Positions 42,437 to 59,363 of a DNA stretch of 64,000 nt are shown here, piece after piece (position 1 is the stretch's first letter; every line of letters begins with the position of its first letter). The position numbers were made by a program, and so were the translations under genes. The notes beneath the pieces were generated by a model, which saw only the letters and a program-made list of their open reading frames with translations, was not told the DNA's origin and searched no databases. The stretch spans positions 55,862,001-55,926,000 of the forward strand of contig OZ024743.1 in NCBI GenBank assembly GCA_964016885.1, read 5' to 3'. The stretch comes from Eledone cirrhosa. Its lineage: Eukaryota.

Positions 42437-42560
42437 CCTCAGTTTTATATATATAGATATAAATAAAAGTCGAATCCTGTCCGTCCGTGTGTCAGTCTGC
42501 TCGTGGGATAAATGAGTTAAAACGAAGGAAGAGGATGGTGAAAATTCTACGGCGAAAAAA
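41628..42560. mobile_element. Probable non-autonomous Helitron-like remnants
   Basis: actagcagtggtacccggcgttgcacggg hairpin motif; duplicated aacactccctgaaacataag..agtcggttgggt + (CA)n blocks. Confidence 0.4.
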
Positions 42561-42600
42561 AAAATCAGCGTTTCAACTTTTGCACAAAGCTCTGTGTGAG

Positions 42601-42671
<71 letters not shown>

Positions 42672-42922
42672 CATTGTGTGTGAATGTATCAGTATGTAAA
42701 AAGGTATTGATGAGATGTGTAATTGATTTGATTGGTTTGCTCTTCACATCAGTTAGTAAGAATAGAAGTCATTTGACGACACCTTTTTGTTTATAATTGG
42801 CTCTCCTGTTGCAGGTTCAATCTGTGGAATAGTGAAATGATACCCATCTTGTCCATTCCACAACATAACAGGATACTGGAGAACATCCTAAGAGGGATGA
42901 GTTTCTGAAACACGTTTAAGTA

Positions 42923-43158
42923 ATGCCACCCTTTTTAGCCTCTCTCAACCCGTAGTTATGCCACCCTTTCTAACCTCCCTCCTCCCGTAGTTATGCCACT
43001 CCTTGTAGCATCCCTCCTTCCGTACTTATGCCACCCTTTCTAGCCTCGCTCTTTCAGTAGTTATGCCAGCCTTTGTAGCCTCTCTCCGTCCGCAGTCATG
43101 TCACTTTTTTAGCCTCCCTCTACCGGTAGTTATGCTACCCTTTCTAGCCTCCCTTTTC
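42923..43158. repeat. 35-bp minisatellite, ~7 copies
   Basis: atgccaccctttctagcctccctc..cgtagtt at 42923, 42958, 42993, 43028, 43063, 43098, 43132. Confidence 0.85.
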
Positions 43159-43319
43159 TATCGGATGACACACTATGGCACTGGGAAGTTTGAGGGACAC
43201 AGTATGGAAATATGGAACTAGGGTGCCGCACTATAGCACTGCGAAGGTATGGTGGCATACTATGGAACTGGAGAACAGTAACGTAGAGAATCTAGTAGCT
43301 AATCAGTGGCCGCTCGCTC

Positions 43320-43600
43320 CTTCTTCTTCTTCTTCTTCTTCTTCTTCTTCTTCTTCTTCTTCTTCTTCTTCTTCTTCTTCTTCTTCTTCTTCTTCTTCTT
43401 CTTCTTCTTCTTCTGCCCACTCCTGAGATAGTCGTGGGGGCAGAGTCCTCAAACATGCCTTCCAGAGAGTCCTATCGGAAGCAACCATCTCTAAATGATC
43501 CAGCTGGATCTCCAAGCGAGACCAACCGAACCTATGAATGTTATCCAAATATCTTGCTTGAGGTCTGGTCCGCCGTGGAGTAGGGTAATCTAAAATCATA
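43320..43600 (-). mobile_element. RTE-like LINE 3' end with (GAA)n tail
   Basis: RRTRPQARYLDNI...ASDRTLWK motif followed by GAA repeats. Confidence 0.6.
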
Positions 43601-43903
43601 GAATATAGAATAAGAACAGTTCAGGGACTTACTACCTCTGTTGACAACAAAAGATTCCTCTCTGTGAATGAAAGACGCCTGCCTGCGATGTGCGATGTTC
43701 AATGGTAGTGAAACTTTGGCAGTGAATGCAGATGATATGCGAAAGATGGAAAGGAATAAACAAGCCTGCTTCGATGGTTAAAGTGCGTAAAAACGAAGCA
43801 TCACAAGTGTTGAAAAAGACACACATTACGCATATATACACTATATAAAAATATGTATATATATATACACACACACATACTCCTCCCACCACACACCACA
43901 CAG

Positions 43904-43973
<70 letters not shown>

Positions 43974-44383
43974 TCCTGAGTTGCCTTCTCCTAGAAGAAT
44001 GCCCAGACAAAGGCTAGGGGTCCTTTACTCCCAGTGGTTTAACCGCGCGATCGGATGTCCAGCCCAACTATTTCTATGTCCCCGCGCATATACATACACA
44101 TGCACACATGTATATACATATATACATATACATACTTATGTACATTTGTATATACATATTTACATATGTTTGGATGGCTATTGACTTTTATGAGTTCTTC
44201 CGCCTTTTGTCAGGTTTTGTTTTTTGTCCTGCAGGGTTTCTAAAATCACCCTCCTCACCAAGTAAACTTGGTAGGGTTGTCGGTTTAATCGCCGACGACC
44301 CGAGGATGCGACAGGTTGTACTGGGTTACATGTTACCAGTAGCACTCAGGAGTGATCCGACATACATACATACATACATACAT

Positions 44384-44477
<94 letters not shown>

Positions 44478-44583
44478 GCAAACAAGGAAGTAGGACCGTC
44501 AAACACAAATCCGAACGGAGACACACCCAGAACAAATACAAAGAAATCATCGAATGTCCGATTTGACGAAAGTCGATCGACTG

Positions 44584-44645
<62 letters not shown>

Positions 44646-44647
<2 letters not shown>

Positions 44648-44833
44648 ACGAAGGAAATGTGGTAAGGACCCAGGTGGACCATAACGCACCAAAGTACTCA
44701 ATACTTAGGGTAGTAGAGTGGGTAATAGGAACAAGTAAGACCCCGACGGCTGAGCTCAAGCCGTTTCGACGGCTAATTCTGTACTCAATTAGCCGTCGAA
44801 ACGGCTTGAGCTCAGCTGTCGGGGTCTTACTTG

Positions 44834-44836
<3 letters not shown>
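44646..44836. mobile_element. Family-B hairpin element
   Basis: Fold-back centred on aattctgtactcaatt; (TA)n flanks. Confidence 0.8.
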
Positions 44837-44900
<64 letters not shown>

Positions 44901-45283
44901 ATAGAGGTGTAACACACGAGTTATGATATATTGGTAAAAGGAAAAGAAAATGCTGACAAATTGTTCCCAGTGAAAAATAGTTTAATTAGGAATAAGTAAA
45001 AATTAGTAATAGTATTGGTTAGTATTCAGTTTTGGTTTTAAGTTTTACCGGTTGCGCATTTCTAATGCTTTTCAAAAATAATTTTGAGATAGAGCGCCCG
45101 TGATGTTTGCTCTAATCTGATTAGTTTTGGAAATTCTACCTATTTTATGTAAAAAAGGTGGCTCCAGATGTATGAAAAAATTCTTGTGGTCAAAACAATT
45201 TTGGTTGGTCGGTAGAGGTCATGTGAATGTTAAAAATTGGTATGATTTTCATGGGTATGTCTCTATTTATAAAACAAACTTTG

Positions 45284-45347
45284 TATTTTATCTGATGAAA
45301 ACGTACCAATGTTGTCTTGGTACCCTTGAAATATATATAATAAAATA
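45284..45347 (+). ncRNA. Hammerhead ribozyme (family A)
   Basis: tattttat-CTGATGA-aa acgtaccaa tgttgtc ttggtac cctt-GAAA-tatata-TA-ataaaata. Confidence 0.7.
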
Positions 45348-45391
45348 AATATGGTTTTATAAATATAGTTTCCATTTATTTAATATCATTG

Positions 45392-45526
<135 letters not shown>

Positions 45527-45948
45527 GAAGTTGGAAATAGCACGGAAAATATATTTAAGGGTCTGCTTTTCTTTTTTTATCCTTTCTTTGATTCGTCAAA
45601 GTGACATTATTGAAAAGATGACGTTATTGAAAAAATGAGAGGGACAATTCTTCTTAAAAAAAGATTTATAATGTATATAATATATTACCGGTTTCGATGT
45701 ATTATTAAAATTCATCTTATCAAATGTTGAGTATTGAAATAAAAATTAAAAAGAATTAATAGGAGTTGAAAGCTAAAAATTAAAGATTTAAAATTAAAAA
45801 TTAAAATCAGATGTTGGAGTCAGTTTTCTTCCATCTTTCTAGCTCAAAATTTTGTGGTAGTGAAGATAGCGAAAATAGCAGCAACTGTGCTTCTTCACAG
45901 AACAAAGTTGTTTTTTGGCAACATCCTCTAAATATGTATGTGTGTATA

Positions 45949-46395
<447 letters not shown>

Positions 46396-46412
46396 TATAT
46401 ATATATATATAG

Positions 46413-46502
<90 letters not shown>

Positions 46503-46669
46503 CAAAATAAGATGCTGGGGTTACATATATCGTTTAATCATTATAATTATTTCCACGGTTCTCCATGCAATCGAGATGTCCTTCAAGCATTTGCTGTTGA
46601 TTATGAGAACGGTATCCTCAGATGAAAACCGATAAGTTTGATATGTCACTGGCAGGAAAAACGCACGTT

Positions 46670-47176
46670 CTATTGCTTGTGTGCCCAGCAGACATATCAG
46701 TTCCTTGAAGGGTTTGCCAGCCGTCGTGTTTGCTAGAAAAAGCTATCAGATTCCTGAGGATGTAGAGACCCACCAGGTCAGTAACCTGCGCCGAGTCGGT
46801 CGATCCCATCGTGATGTCAAAATTCCACTCTCTCCTAGTCCAGAGCTCACCGTCGAAATCTATCAGTGTCTACCTTTGCACTGCAGGCCGTTAAAACACT
46901 CTATCACTTCCCCCGTTCTGGATCATTGCTGTAATTTGATATTTTTTTTAAGTGTTGGTATGATTCTGTCCAGTATTCTTTTGCTAATACACCTGATGTT
47001 AGACTTTGATGGTACTATAAGTCTGACTGGGAGTTCGGTTTGTGATCCTTCAGCAAGATACGGGGTTCTTTGAGTTGGTAAGGTCCGCTTTTTTCGTTGA
47101 TAGCTTTTTCTAGCAAACGCGACGGCTGGCAAACCCTTCAAGGAACTCATATCTCTGCTGGGCACACAAGCAATAG
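46670..47176 (-). mobile_element. Naiad-type RT fragment between 79-bp inverted repeats
   Basis: LPVRLIVPSKSNIRCISKRILD and FDITMGSTDSAQVTDLVGLY; inverted repeats at 46670-46748 / 47098-47176. Confidence 0.75.
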
Positions 47177-47203
47177 GACACACACACACACACACACACA
47201 CAT

Positions 47204-47276
<73 letters not shown>

Positions 47277-47562
47277 CATACATGCATATATATATATGTT
47301 TATCGTTTTCAAGGCATTTCATCCAATTGAAAATATTCGATCCGTTCCATCCCCTGAGGCCCTTGCGAATGCAGAATCAGTTTCGATCTATAATAGATAC
47401 TGCCTTGAGCTGATCGTCAGAGAAACATGTAATATGCTAATAAATTGTGTTTTGCTGCATCACTGATTCCACGTTATCTATAATAATATACTCTGCTGTG
47501 CGCGAGCATCGAGTGCTCAAACGTCATACCGCCTACGGACGCATCTATTGCAACCTTACAGC

Positions 47563-47672
<110 letters not shown>

Positions 47673-47930
47673 ATCTAGTTGACAGACGAGAGAAAAAAGA
47701 TCTCAATACCGAAGTAGAATTTAAATATTAATTTATTATGACTATGTAGTGAGAGTGCAGGTGAAATTCCAGAGTAAGAAGACTCACTACTGAGCCATAA
47801 TAACTGAATATATATAATTAAAACGACAGTTGAATAAGGCACTCAATAATTTATGAGAGTAGGATCATGTTTATTTCATATACAAATGATTTCTAGATGA
47901 CTAGAGCTATTTCATTTGTATGCAAACATC

Positions 47931-48693
47931 GAATTAATAAGTAAGGCATGCAAGGAAGCCACAGACATAGTCATTAATGTACCCTCACCCAATGATCTCA
48001 AATTAAGACCTATAATAGCAGGCCCCGCTTGCGAAACCCACCGCCTTAGCAACTTCATTGATACCCTTCTCAAGCCTTTTCTCAAACACATCAAAAGCTA
48101 TATAAGGGACGACCTAGATATGCTCAATCACCTCCCTAATATGCTCCTTTCTGAACAAACCCTATTAGTGACGTTCGATGTAGTCAACCTATACTCCAAC
48201 ATCCCCCACAACCTAGGAATAGAAGCTATCCAATTCTGGCTGGAAAATTACCACAATGAACTCCCACAACGCATCAAAAAAGAACTCGTGATAGAGGGAC
48301 TCAAATTTATCTTGGAGGACAATTACTTCGTTTTCAATAACAAATCCTACAGGCCGAAATTTGGGACCGCTATGGTAACGAAAACAGCCCCCACTTATGC
48401 CAACCTAGTCATGGGATACCTGGAAATCACCCTCTACACTAAAGTACTAAACAAATTTGGAAACACTCTCCACTTACACATAGAAAGGAACTGGAAGCGA
48501 TATCATAGAAAGGAACTGGAAGCGATATCCTTTGGCACGAAAATATCGAGAAACTTAAAGAAGTTCACACCCTTGTAAATGGGCTCAACACGAATATTAA
48601 CTTTACGATGGAATACAGCCATCAACAACTCCCCTTCCTCGACATCCTCATTAAGATTCATAAAAAAAAAATAGAAACAGACGTATACTACAA
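47931..48693 (+). pseudogene. PLE reverse transcriptase fragment (paralogous to 7435-9220)
   Basis: LKLRPIIAGP, FDVVNLYSNIP, GTAM..TAPTYANLVMG, WKRY, LPFLDI. Confidence 0.9.
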
Positions 48694-49322
48694 GACCTCT
48701 ACCGACCAATCAAAATTGTTTTGACCACAAGAATTTTTGCAACACGAATTGGCGCGAATCTTATTTTAATACATCTGGAGCCACTTTTTTCACATAAAAC
48801 AAGTATAATTTCCAAAACTAATCAGATTAGAGCAAACATCACGGGCACTCTATCTCAAAATTATTTTTGAAAAGCATTAGAAATGCGCAACCGGTAAAAA
48901 CTTAAAACCAAAACTGAATACTAACCAATACTTATTACTAATTTTTACTTATTCCTAATTAAACTATTTTTCACTGGGAACAATTTGTCAGCATTTTCCT
49001 TTTCTTTTACCAATATATATATATATATATGTATATTGTGTTCGGAAAAGATTGTTTTGGTAAAAACAGGAGTAAGCAGGAGAAAGCTCTCAACAATCGT
49101 TGCTTTTAGTTACGATGGAGAATTTTATAAAAATAACAAAACAAGATGCTGAGGTTACATATATCGTTTAATCATTATAATTATTTCCACGGTTCTCCAT
49201 GCAATCGAGATGTCCTTCATGTATTTACATTCGCAAGGGCCTCAGGGGATGGAACGGATCGAATATTTTCAATTGGATGAAATGCCTTGAAAACGATAAA
49301 CATATATATATATATATATATG

Positions 49323-49458
<136 letters not shown>

Positions 49459-49793
49459 TGTGCGTGTGTGCATGTTAATTTATTTGTTTCATATAGAAAT
49501 GAATTCTATAAGATTAGAACTGTCTGCTTTCTGATGTTTACATACAAATGAAATAGCTCTAGTCATCTAGAAATCATTTGTATATGAAATAAACATGATC
49601 CTACTCTCATAAATTATTGAGTGCCTTATTCAACTGTGGTTTTAATTATATATATTCAGTTATTATGGCTAAGTAGTGAGTCTTCTTACTCTGGAATTTC
49701 ACCTGCACTCTCACTACATAGTCATAATAAATTAATATTTAAATTCTACTTCGGTATTCAGATCTTTTTTCTCTCGTCTGTAAACTATATACG

Positions 49794-49831
<38 letters not shown>

Positions 49832-50399
49832 GGGTGTATATATGTATATATATGTATATATATATATATATACTAGATGTCGAAATGGTAAGAGCTCAGC
49901 CGTGGGCTCCCAATTATTTTTGATATACCCATACTCTGCTACCCCAAGTATCGAGTACTCTATTGAGTATTGGCCTAACTAGTTTTAAACTGGCTCTATC
50001 CTGAATTATATATATTTATATATAATATAATATATATATATATATATATATGTGGGGGGGGGGGGGGTAAATATGAGAAAAACGTGCTGCGGGGTTGCTA
50101 CTGGTTTACATATGAATAAAGTTAGTCCTTCATCAGTGATCTTCCAACCATCATTGGTATTTCATCGCTTTAAAGACCATATACCTCCGGTTGGTGCGAG
50201 CAACGGCTAAAAAAAGTCGTTGGGACACGTAAATAAAGGGGACACGAGTGTAAACAAACAAAAATGGTGAAGCAACGAAAAATGAGGAAGAAGGAGTCAA
50301 GTCCCAAATTTATATGAATTTAAATTCGGTGAAATCGTGAACGAGAGAGAATAAAGACCATCAAACCTGGTTGGAATGTAAGCAAGGAAGGAATTCCGT

Positions 50400-50485
<86 letters not shown>

Positions 50486-51011
50486 GAATAATCGAGTATC
50501 GAAAAATCGGCGCACGAGTTCACGATAAACAAAATTCGAGATGAGCGGCAGAGGGCTCTATAATTCAAATAAATCAGAGCTATAACTATCGTTAAAATAC
50601 CGTCACACGTAGAATATGTCTACAATCAACCAAATAACCGAAAAGTTCGATATGGAAGATTCGGGACACTCAGATAAATTATCAATAAATCAATAAATGA
50701 AATGAATGTAAAATGCATACCCGGACCCACTAGAGAGATGGAATATCTAGCTTCTTGGGTTTCTGTAAATCCTTAAACCGTCATCTATCAGCTCACATAA
50801 AAATATAAGACTTACAGACAAGCGGGGGACTGGAGTTACTTCATCAACGAGCTTTGTCCGAATGGATGAAAAGACAAGACCCAGGCTAAAAATACGCACA
50901 TGGATTTCAGCAAGGGAGATAACCTTTATATCCGCAAAAATATTCGGAAAAATGTGGCAAAAACACATATCGAATAAGAGTGCTCAATAGACATGTTAAA
51001 ATAAACAGGGA

Positions 51012-51442
51012 CATTTATCGTTTTCGGTGCGCCGGCCGATTAACTCACTCGGTATGTAAATTAGGCTACTCAGCCGTTAATATGCATAAGGAAAATATAT
51101 ACTTTCAGACATTCAATCATCTGGCAGGAAGGTATACGGTGCTGACGATAGCTAATAAGCTTGAAACTAGTAAATCGTTCCTTTGTCAGTTTTGAACAAA
51201 AGGGCAACGATGGTTGCTGGACACTACGGCTTAATTCGGGAAGTTTGTTTACAAACACACCGAGCATTATAATAAATGTTCGGTAAATCCATACGTACAT
51301 ATATATATGTGTGCATGTATATATATATTATACATACTACTTTACGTCTCTATACATATATGTATGTACGTATACATACTTATATTTAAGTAACAGCCGT
51401 ACTAAGAGTGAGAGATGAAATTTCATTTCATTTTTTCCATTT
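51012..51442 (+). mobile_element. ~430-bp family-E monomer with HHR at 51136-51178
   Basis: acggtg-CTGACGA-tagctaataagctt-GAAA-ctag-TA-aatcgt; begins and ends with cattta; homologous to 60487-61395. Confidence 0.7.
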
Positions 51443-51487
51443 ATATATATATATATTTATATATATACATATTTATATATATATACA

Positions 51488-51541
<54 letters not shown>

Positions 51542-52185
51542 CACATATATGTGTGAGTGTGTGCATAGGTGTGCATAACCTTTTGCGAAGCGATGAAATG
51601 AATTTTCACTCAATATTATGTGTCTGGTTGTGTGTGTGCACGCGTGCGTGCGTGTATGTGTGTGCGTGTGTTTGTGTGTGCAAGTGTACATATGTGTGCA
51701 TGCGTGTGGTTTGCATGTATGTATGTGAGCATGTATGTTGATTGAATGTATATATATATGAGTGTGTGTGTGTATGTGTGTGTGAGTGTGTGTGCATGCG
51801 TCTGTGTGCGTGTGTGAGTGTGTGTGTGTGTCTGTGTACGTGCGTGTGTATGAACGTGAGTGTCTGTATGTGTGTGTTAGTGTAAGTGGTGTGCGCGTCT
51901 GTGTGTGTATGTGAGTGTATGTGCGTGTGAGTGTATGTGAGTGTATGTGTGTGTATATATGTGTGTGTGAGTGTGTGTGAGTGTGTGTGTGTGTGTATGT
52001 AAGTGTGTGTGTGTGTAAATAGGTGTAGGTATGGCGGTTGAGATGTGACAGAATGAGATAACCTTATCTGAACAGATGAAATGAATGTTCATACAAAATT
52101 ATATCTCAGATTTATAACTCTTGTTTTATTTCATACAATTCCTTGCACAAATTGTTTCCAGTCTTCCTTACAATATTGCCAGCAG

Positions 52186-52221
<36 letters not shown>

Positions 52222-52585
52222 ACAACAGCAACAGCAACAACAACAACAGCAACAGCAACAACAACAACAACAGCAACAACAGCAACCGATTGAAGAAGAA
52301 GAAGAAAAAGAAGAAGAAGAAGAAGAAGAAGAAGAAGAAGAAGAAGAAGAAGAAGAAGAAGAAGAAGAAGAAGAAGAAGAAGAAGAAGAAGAAGAAGAAG
52401 AAGAAGAAGAAGAAAATATGTTATGAAACAATGAATAAAAAGATATAACTTCTGCGGCAATTCTATCTTTCCTCTGTTTTATGTATTTCTATTACCAAAC
52501 GATTCCCCCTCTTACTCCTCTCTCTCACTGTCTATTTGTCTCTCTCTCACACACCCCTATATACATGCACACACACCTGCCCTCC

Positions 52586-52634
<49 letters not shown>

Positions 52635-52684
52635 ATGTGTGTATCTATATATTTATATGTATGCATGCATATACATACATATTT

Positions 52685-52721
<37 letters not shown>

Positions 52722-52793
52722 CATATATATACACATATATATATACATATACATATATATTTTTCTATATATTCTATATTCTGTGTGTGTGAG

Positions 52794-52830
<37 letters not shown>

Positions 52831-52876
52831 TATATATATATAAATATATATACATATACATATACATACTCACACA

Positions 52877-52930
<54 letters not shown>

Positions 52931-53839
52931 AAGATACACTTCTCTACCATCGTTTTCCCTTTCTTTCTTGAACCAATCTCCTCTCTTTCTTTCTCTCTCT
53001 CTCTCCCTCTATCTCTCTCTCTTTCTCTTTCATTCTGTCGCTCTAGACGATTTCATTTCGTTTCTATCACAACCCCACCCCCCCCCCTCCCCATCCACTC
53101 CCCCCCCGCTCCTCGCTCTTCTCCTTCACCGTTATCATCATCAACCCACAAAACATTATCATCAGCACCAACAACATTATCAACAACATTATCTGCATCA
53201 ACCACTTCTCCCACTACTACCACCACCACAAACCACCTCCGCCAACACCACCATTTTCTACCTTCCTATCTTTATTCTCGTAATCAACATCATCGTCATC
53301 ATCGACTTTGTAATCAGCATCATCAGCATCATCATAACCATCACCACCTCCACCAAGACCTCTTACATCTCCATCACTGCGACCCCCAACCCCCTCCAAC
53401 CACTACTTTTACTCTTACTCCACAACAACAACAACAACAACTGCAGCCCCACCATCACCCACCCATCCCACATTCTCTTTCCCCACCTTATCACCTCCAC
53501 CGTCACCTTCACCATCACCCTCATCATCATCATCATCAATAACAATGTCATTATCATCAGAATAAAGTTCATCATCATCATCGACAACATTATCATCAGT
53601 TACTTCCTTATCACCGCCACCTCCACCACCATCAACACCTACACCAACAACAATAACAACACCACCACTACTCTAAGACATTATGTTTTCCCCACCACTT
53701 AGACACGCGTCTCCACACACACAAATACACACAGCTACACAGGTACACACTCATCTATACACATACACACACACACTCACCAACCAGCTATTTGTTCCAT
53801 CACCTTCCTCCCTCGCTCTCACTCTCATTGATTGCACCA

Positions 53840-55580
53840 TCACACTACCACCACCACTATCACACTACCACCACCACTATCACACTACCACCACCACTAA
53901 CTAGCACACTACCACCACCACTATCACACTCTCCACAACAACCACAACCACCACTACTATCAACAACACCAACAACACCATCACACTCTCCACCACCACC
54001 ACCACCACCACTACCACTACCACTATCACACTACCACCACCACTATCATACTACCACCACCACTATCACACTAGCACCACCACTAACTAGCACACTACCA
54101 CCACCACTATCACACTCTCCACAACAACCACAACCACCACTACTATCAACAACACCAACAACACCATCACACTCTCCACCACCACTACCACTACCACTAT
54201 CACACTACCACCACCACTATCACACTACCTCCACCACTAGCACACTACCACCACCACTATCACACTCTCCACAACAACCACAACCACCACTACCATCAAC
54301 AACACCATCACACACTCCACCACCACCACCACCACCACTACCACCACCACTATCACACTACCACCACCACCATCACACTACCACCACCACTATCACACTA
54401 CCACCACCACTATCACACTACCACCACCACTATCACACTACCACCACCACTATCACACTCTCCACAACATCCACAACCACCACTACCATCAACAACACCA
54501 ACAACACCATCACACTCTCCACCACCACCACCACCACTACCACTACCACTATCACACTACCACCACCACACTACCACCACCACTAGCACATTCTCGACAA
54601 CAACCACAACCACCACTACCATCAACAACACCAACAACACCATCACACTCTCCACCACCACCACTACCACTACCACTATCACACTACCACCACCACTATC
54701 ACACTACCACCACCACTATCACACTCCCAACAACAACCACAACCACCACTACCATCAACAACACCAACAACACCATCACACTCACCACCACTACCACCAC
54801 CACCACCACAACCACCAATATCACACTCTCCACCACCAACACTACCATCAACAACACCAATATCACACTCTCCACCACCAACACTGCCATCAACAACACC
54901 AACAACACCATCACACTCACCACCATCACACTCAGCACCACCACCACCACAACCACCAATATCACACTCTCCACCACCAACACTACCATCAACAACACCA
55001 ATATCACACTCTCCACCACCACCACTACCATCAACAACACCAACAACACCATCACACTCACCACCATCACACTCAGCACCACCACCACCACAACCACCAA
55101 TATCACACTCTCCACCACCAACACTATCATCAACAACACCAATATCACACTCTCCACCACCACCACTACCATCAACAACACCAACAACACCATCACACTC
55201 ACCACCACCACCACCACCACCAACCACCACCACAACCACCAATATCACATTCTCCACCACCAACACTACCATCAACAACACCAATATCACACTCTCCACC
55301 ACCACCACTACCATCAACAACACAAACAACACCAACAACACCAACAACACCATCACACTCACCACCACCACCACCACCACCACCACAACCACCAATATCA
55401 CACTCTCCACCACCAATACTACCATCAACAACACCAACAACACCATCACACTCACCACCACCACCACCACCACCACCACCACAACCACCAGCACTACCAT
55501 CAACAACACCAACAATACCATCAACCTCTCCACCACTACCACCACTATCAACAACAACACCATCAACTTCTCCATTACCA
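53840..55580. repeat. CAC/CAA-rich degenerate minisatellite
   Basis: Recurrent accactatcacactacc and accatcaacaacaccaa units. Confidence 0.9.
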
Positions 55581-56193
55581 CCACCACAAACACACAATTG
55601 CACTCCCACCATCAACGTCGACGCCTACCGCCATCCACACCACTATCACACTCTCCACCACCAACACCATCAACCGCTCCACCACCACCACTACCACTAC
55701 CAACAAAAAAAGAAGAACAATAATAATACCATCAACCTCACCATCACCACTACCCCTACCAGCAACAACACCATTAACCCCTCCCCCCGTCCCGCCCCCC
55801 AGCATCATCACCACCACTACCAGCAACAATACCATTACCCCCCCCCCCCATCCCCACCCCCATCCCCACCACAAACTCACAAACGCACTACCACCACGAC
55901 GACGATGACGGCAGCTAACACCACCACCACCACCACCACCACCACTATCGCCACCTCCTTCTTCACCACCTCCTATCCCTCATCGTTTTCCTCCTCCCAA
56001 AACAATTTCTTAGCTTGCAAAACAGGTTTTGATTTACAGTAACCATTCTGAAAACGTTATGGACTCGCTTCTCATAAATATTTCTACGGAAAGAAACACA
56101 GCTACCATTTTTTTTTGCTGTTCTTATTCTTCGTTTAACCTCTAACTTCCCTCAAACTCTCTCTCTCTCCTTCTCTCTCTCTCTCTCTCTCTC

Positions 56194-56255
<62 letters not shown>

Positions 56256-56405
56256 AATTTTTTCTCTCACTCACTCTTCTCTATATTTCTTTCTTTCTCC
56301 CGCTCTTCATCTCTCTGTCTTTGAAACTATTTATTCCGTCTATCTCTCTATTTCTCCCTCTCCCTCCCACCTCTCTCTCGCTTTATATGATATATACTTT
56401 TATGG

Positions 56406-56440
<35 letters not shown>

Positions 56441-57576
56441 CACACACACACACATATATATATACATTATATAGTTCTATCTGTTTGTTTCAAAATTCGT
56501 TTTGCAAATCTATGAGAGAGGGAGAACGAAATTTGGCTAAGGAATAAGTGTGTCTGTGTTTGTAATTGGAATGTGACATATAAATTGGCTACTTTACGAG
56601 GACAAGATGTCTTCCTGTAGTTCTAGTCTTTTCAATCGTCAACATAACGATAAGATCTTCGTCCATTGACAATAAGCAAGTTTCGTTACCGCCAAATTCC
56701 CACCCACTCCTCTAAATCAAGATGGTGGTTTAATTTACGATATCATTACACCTTATATACATTTCTTCCATCTCTACTAATCACACAAATTTCACATATC
56801 TTCTCTTTTCTCAATTATTCTTCTCTCTTTCGCCAATAAACAACCAGCTTCCTCCATCCCCATCACCAACACTACCACCACCATCACCACCACCACCACA
56901 ACAACAACAACACCAACCACGACCACCATCACCACAATCACAATAACATCAACAACCACAACTACAGCCACAGCAACAACGACCAGCATCACCACAATCA
57001 CCATAACAGCCACCACCACAGCTACAACCACGTCCACCATCACCACAACCACAATAATAACAGTAACCACGACCACCATCACCACAACTACAACATTAAC
57101 CACCACAACAACTACAATCACAGCAACCTCGACCTCCGTCAGCACAATCACAATAACAACCACAATTATCACAACAACCACAACAACTACAGCAACCACG
57201 ACCACCATCACCACCACCATCACCACCACCAAAACAACAACAACAACCACCACCACGACCACCATCACCACAATCACAATAATAACCACAACCAACCACA
57301 TCTACAACAGCCACCACCAAAACAACAACCAGCATCATCAACCACCACCACCACTACCACCACCACCACTACCACAACCACCACCGCCACCACAACCACC
57401 ACAACCACAAGCACCAATATAACCACAAGCACCAATATAACCACAAGCACCACTACAACCACAACCACCACTACCACCACCCATACTACTACTATTATTT
57501 CCAACACTATCACAACCGCCACTACCATCACCGCCACCACCATCAGCGCCACCACCATCACCGCCACCACCACCCA

Positions 57577-57630
<54 letters not shown>

Positions 57631-57714
57631 CACTACCACTACCACTACTACTACTACTAATACTAATACTAATACTAATACTAATACTAATACCAACACT
57701 ACTACCACTACTAT

Positions 57715-57785
<71 letters not shown>

Positions 57786-58160
57786 TTACTACTACCACTA
57801 CTCTCATTATCTCCAACACTATCACCATCACAACCACCAACACCACCATAAAAGATATCACCATCCATTACGAGCACTGCCGTCATCACTATTCCTACTA
57901 CCACCCCAACACTAGCAACAGCTATACCATCTACATTGCAGCACCTCCACCATCGTCACCAGCAATAAATCTACCACTACAACTACAACCACCACCACCA
58001 CCACCATTAATACCATTACCATTATGACTACCACCAACATCACCAATACCACCGCTACCAACTCCACCACCACCGATACAACAAGCACCACTACTAACCT
58101 CACTGATACTACTCCAACCACCGCCGATACTACAATCATAATGACAACCTGAATCACTAT

Positions 58161-59363
58161 CACCACCAATGCCACTATCATCAATACCACCACCGCCTTA
58201 ACACTACCTCTACTAGTACCATCACTACAACCACCACCACCAATGCCACTATCATCAATACCACCACCGCCTTAACACTACCTCTACTAGTACCATCACT
58301 ACAACCACCACCACCAATGCCACTATCATCAATACCACCACCGCCTTAACACTACCTCTACTAGTACCATCACTACAACCACCACCACCAATGCCACTAT
58401 CATCAATACCACCACCGCCTTAACACTACCTCTACTAGTACCATCACTACAACCACCACCACCAATGCCACTATCATCAATACCACCACCGCCTTAACAC
58501 TACCTCTACTAGTACCATCACTACAACCACCACCACCAATGCCACTATCATCAATACCACCACCGCCTTAACACTACCTCTACTAGTACCATCACTACAA
58601 CCACCACCACCAATGCCACTATCATCAATACCACCACCGCCTTAACACTACCTCTACTAGTACCATCACTACAACCACCACCACCAATGCCACTATCATC
58701 AATACCACCACCGCCTTAACACTACCTCTACTAGTACCATCACTACAACCACTACCACCAATGCCACTATCATCAATACCACCACCGCCTTAACACTACC
58801 TCTACTAGTACCATCACTACAACCACCACCACCAATGCCACTATCATCAATACCACCACCGCCTTAACACTACCTCTACTAGTACCATCACTACAACCAC
58901 CACCACCAATGCCACTATCATCAATACCACCACCGCCTTAACACTACCTCTACTAGTACCATCACTACAACCACCACCACCAATGCCACTATCATCAATA
59001 CCACCACCGCCTTAACACTACCTCTACTAGTACCATCACTACAACCACCACCACCAATGCCACTATCATCAATACCACCACCGCCTTAACACTACCTCTA
59101 CTAGTACCATCACTACAACCACTACCACCAATGCCACTATCATCAATACCACCACCGCCTTAACACTACCTCTACTAGTACCATCACTACAACCACCACC
59201 ACCAATGCCACTATCATCAATACCACCACCGCCTTAACACTACCTCTACTAGTACCATCACTACAACCACCACCACCAATGCCACTATCATCAATACCAC
59301 CACCGCCTTAACACTACCTCTACTAGTACCATCACTACAACCACCACGACCAATGCCACTATC
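58161..59363. repeat. 74-bp near-perfect tandem repeat, ~16 copies
   Basis: caccaccaatgccactatcatcaataccaccaccgccttaacactacctctactagtaccatcactacaaccac; period 74 (58168, 58242...). Confidence 0.95.
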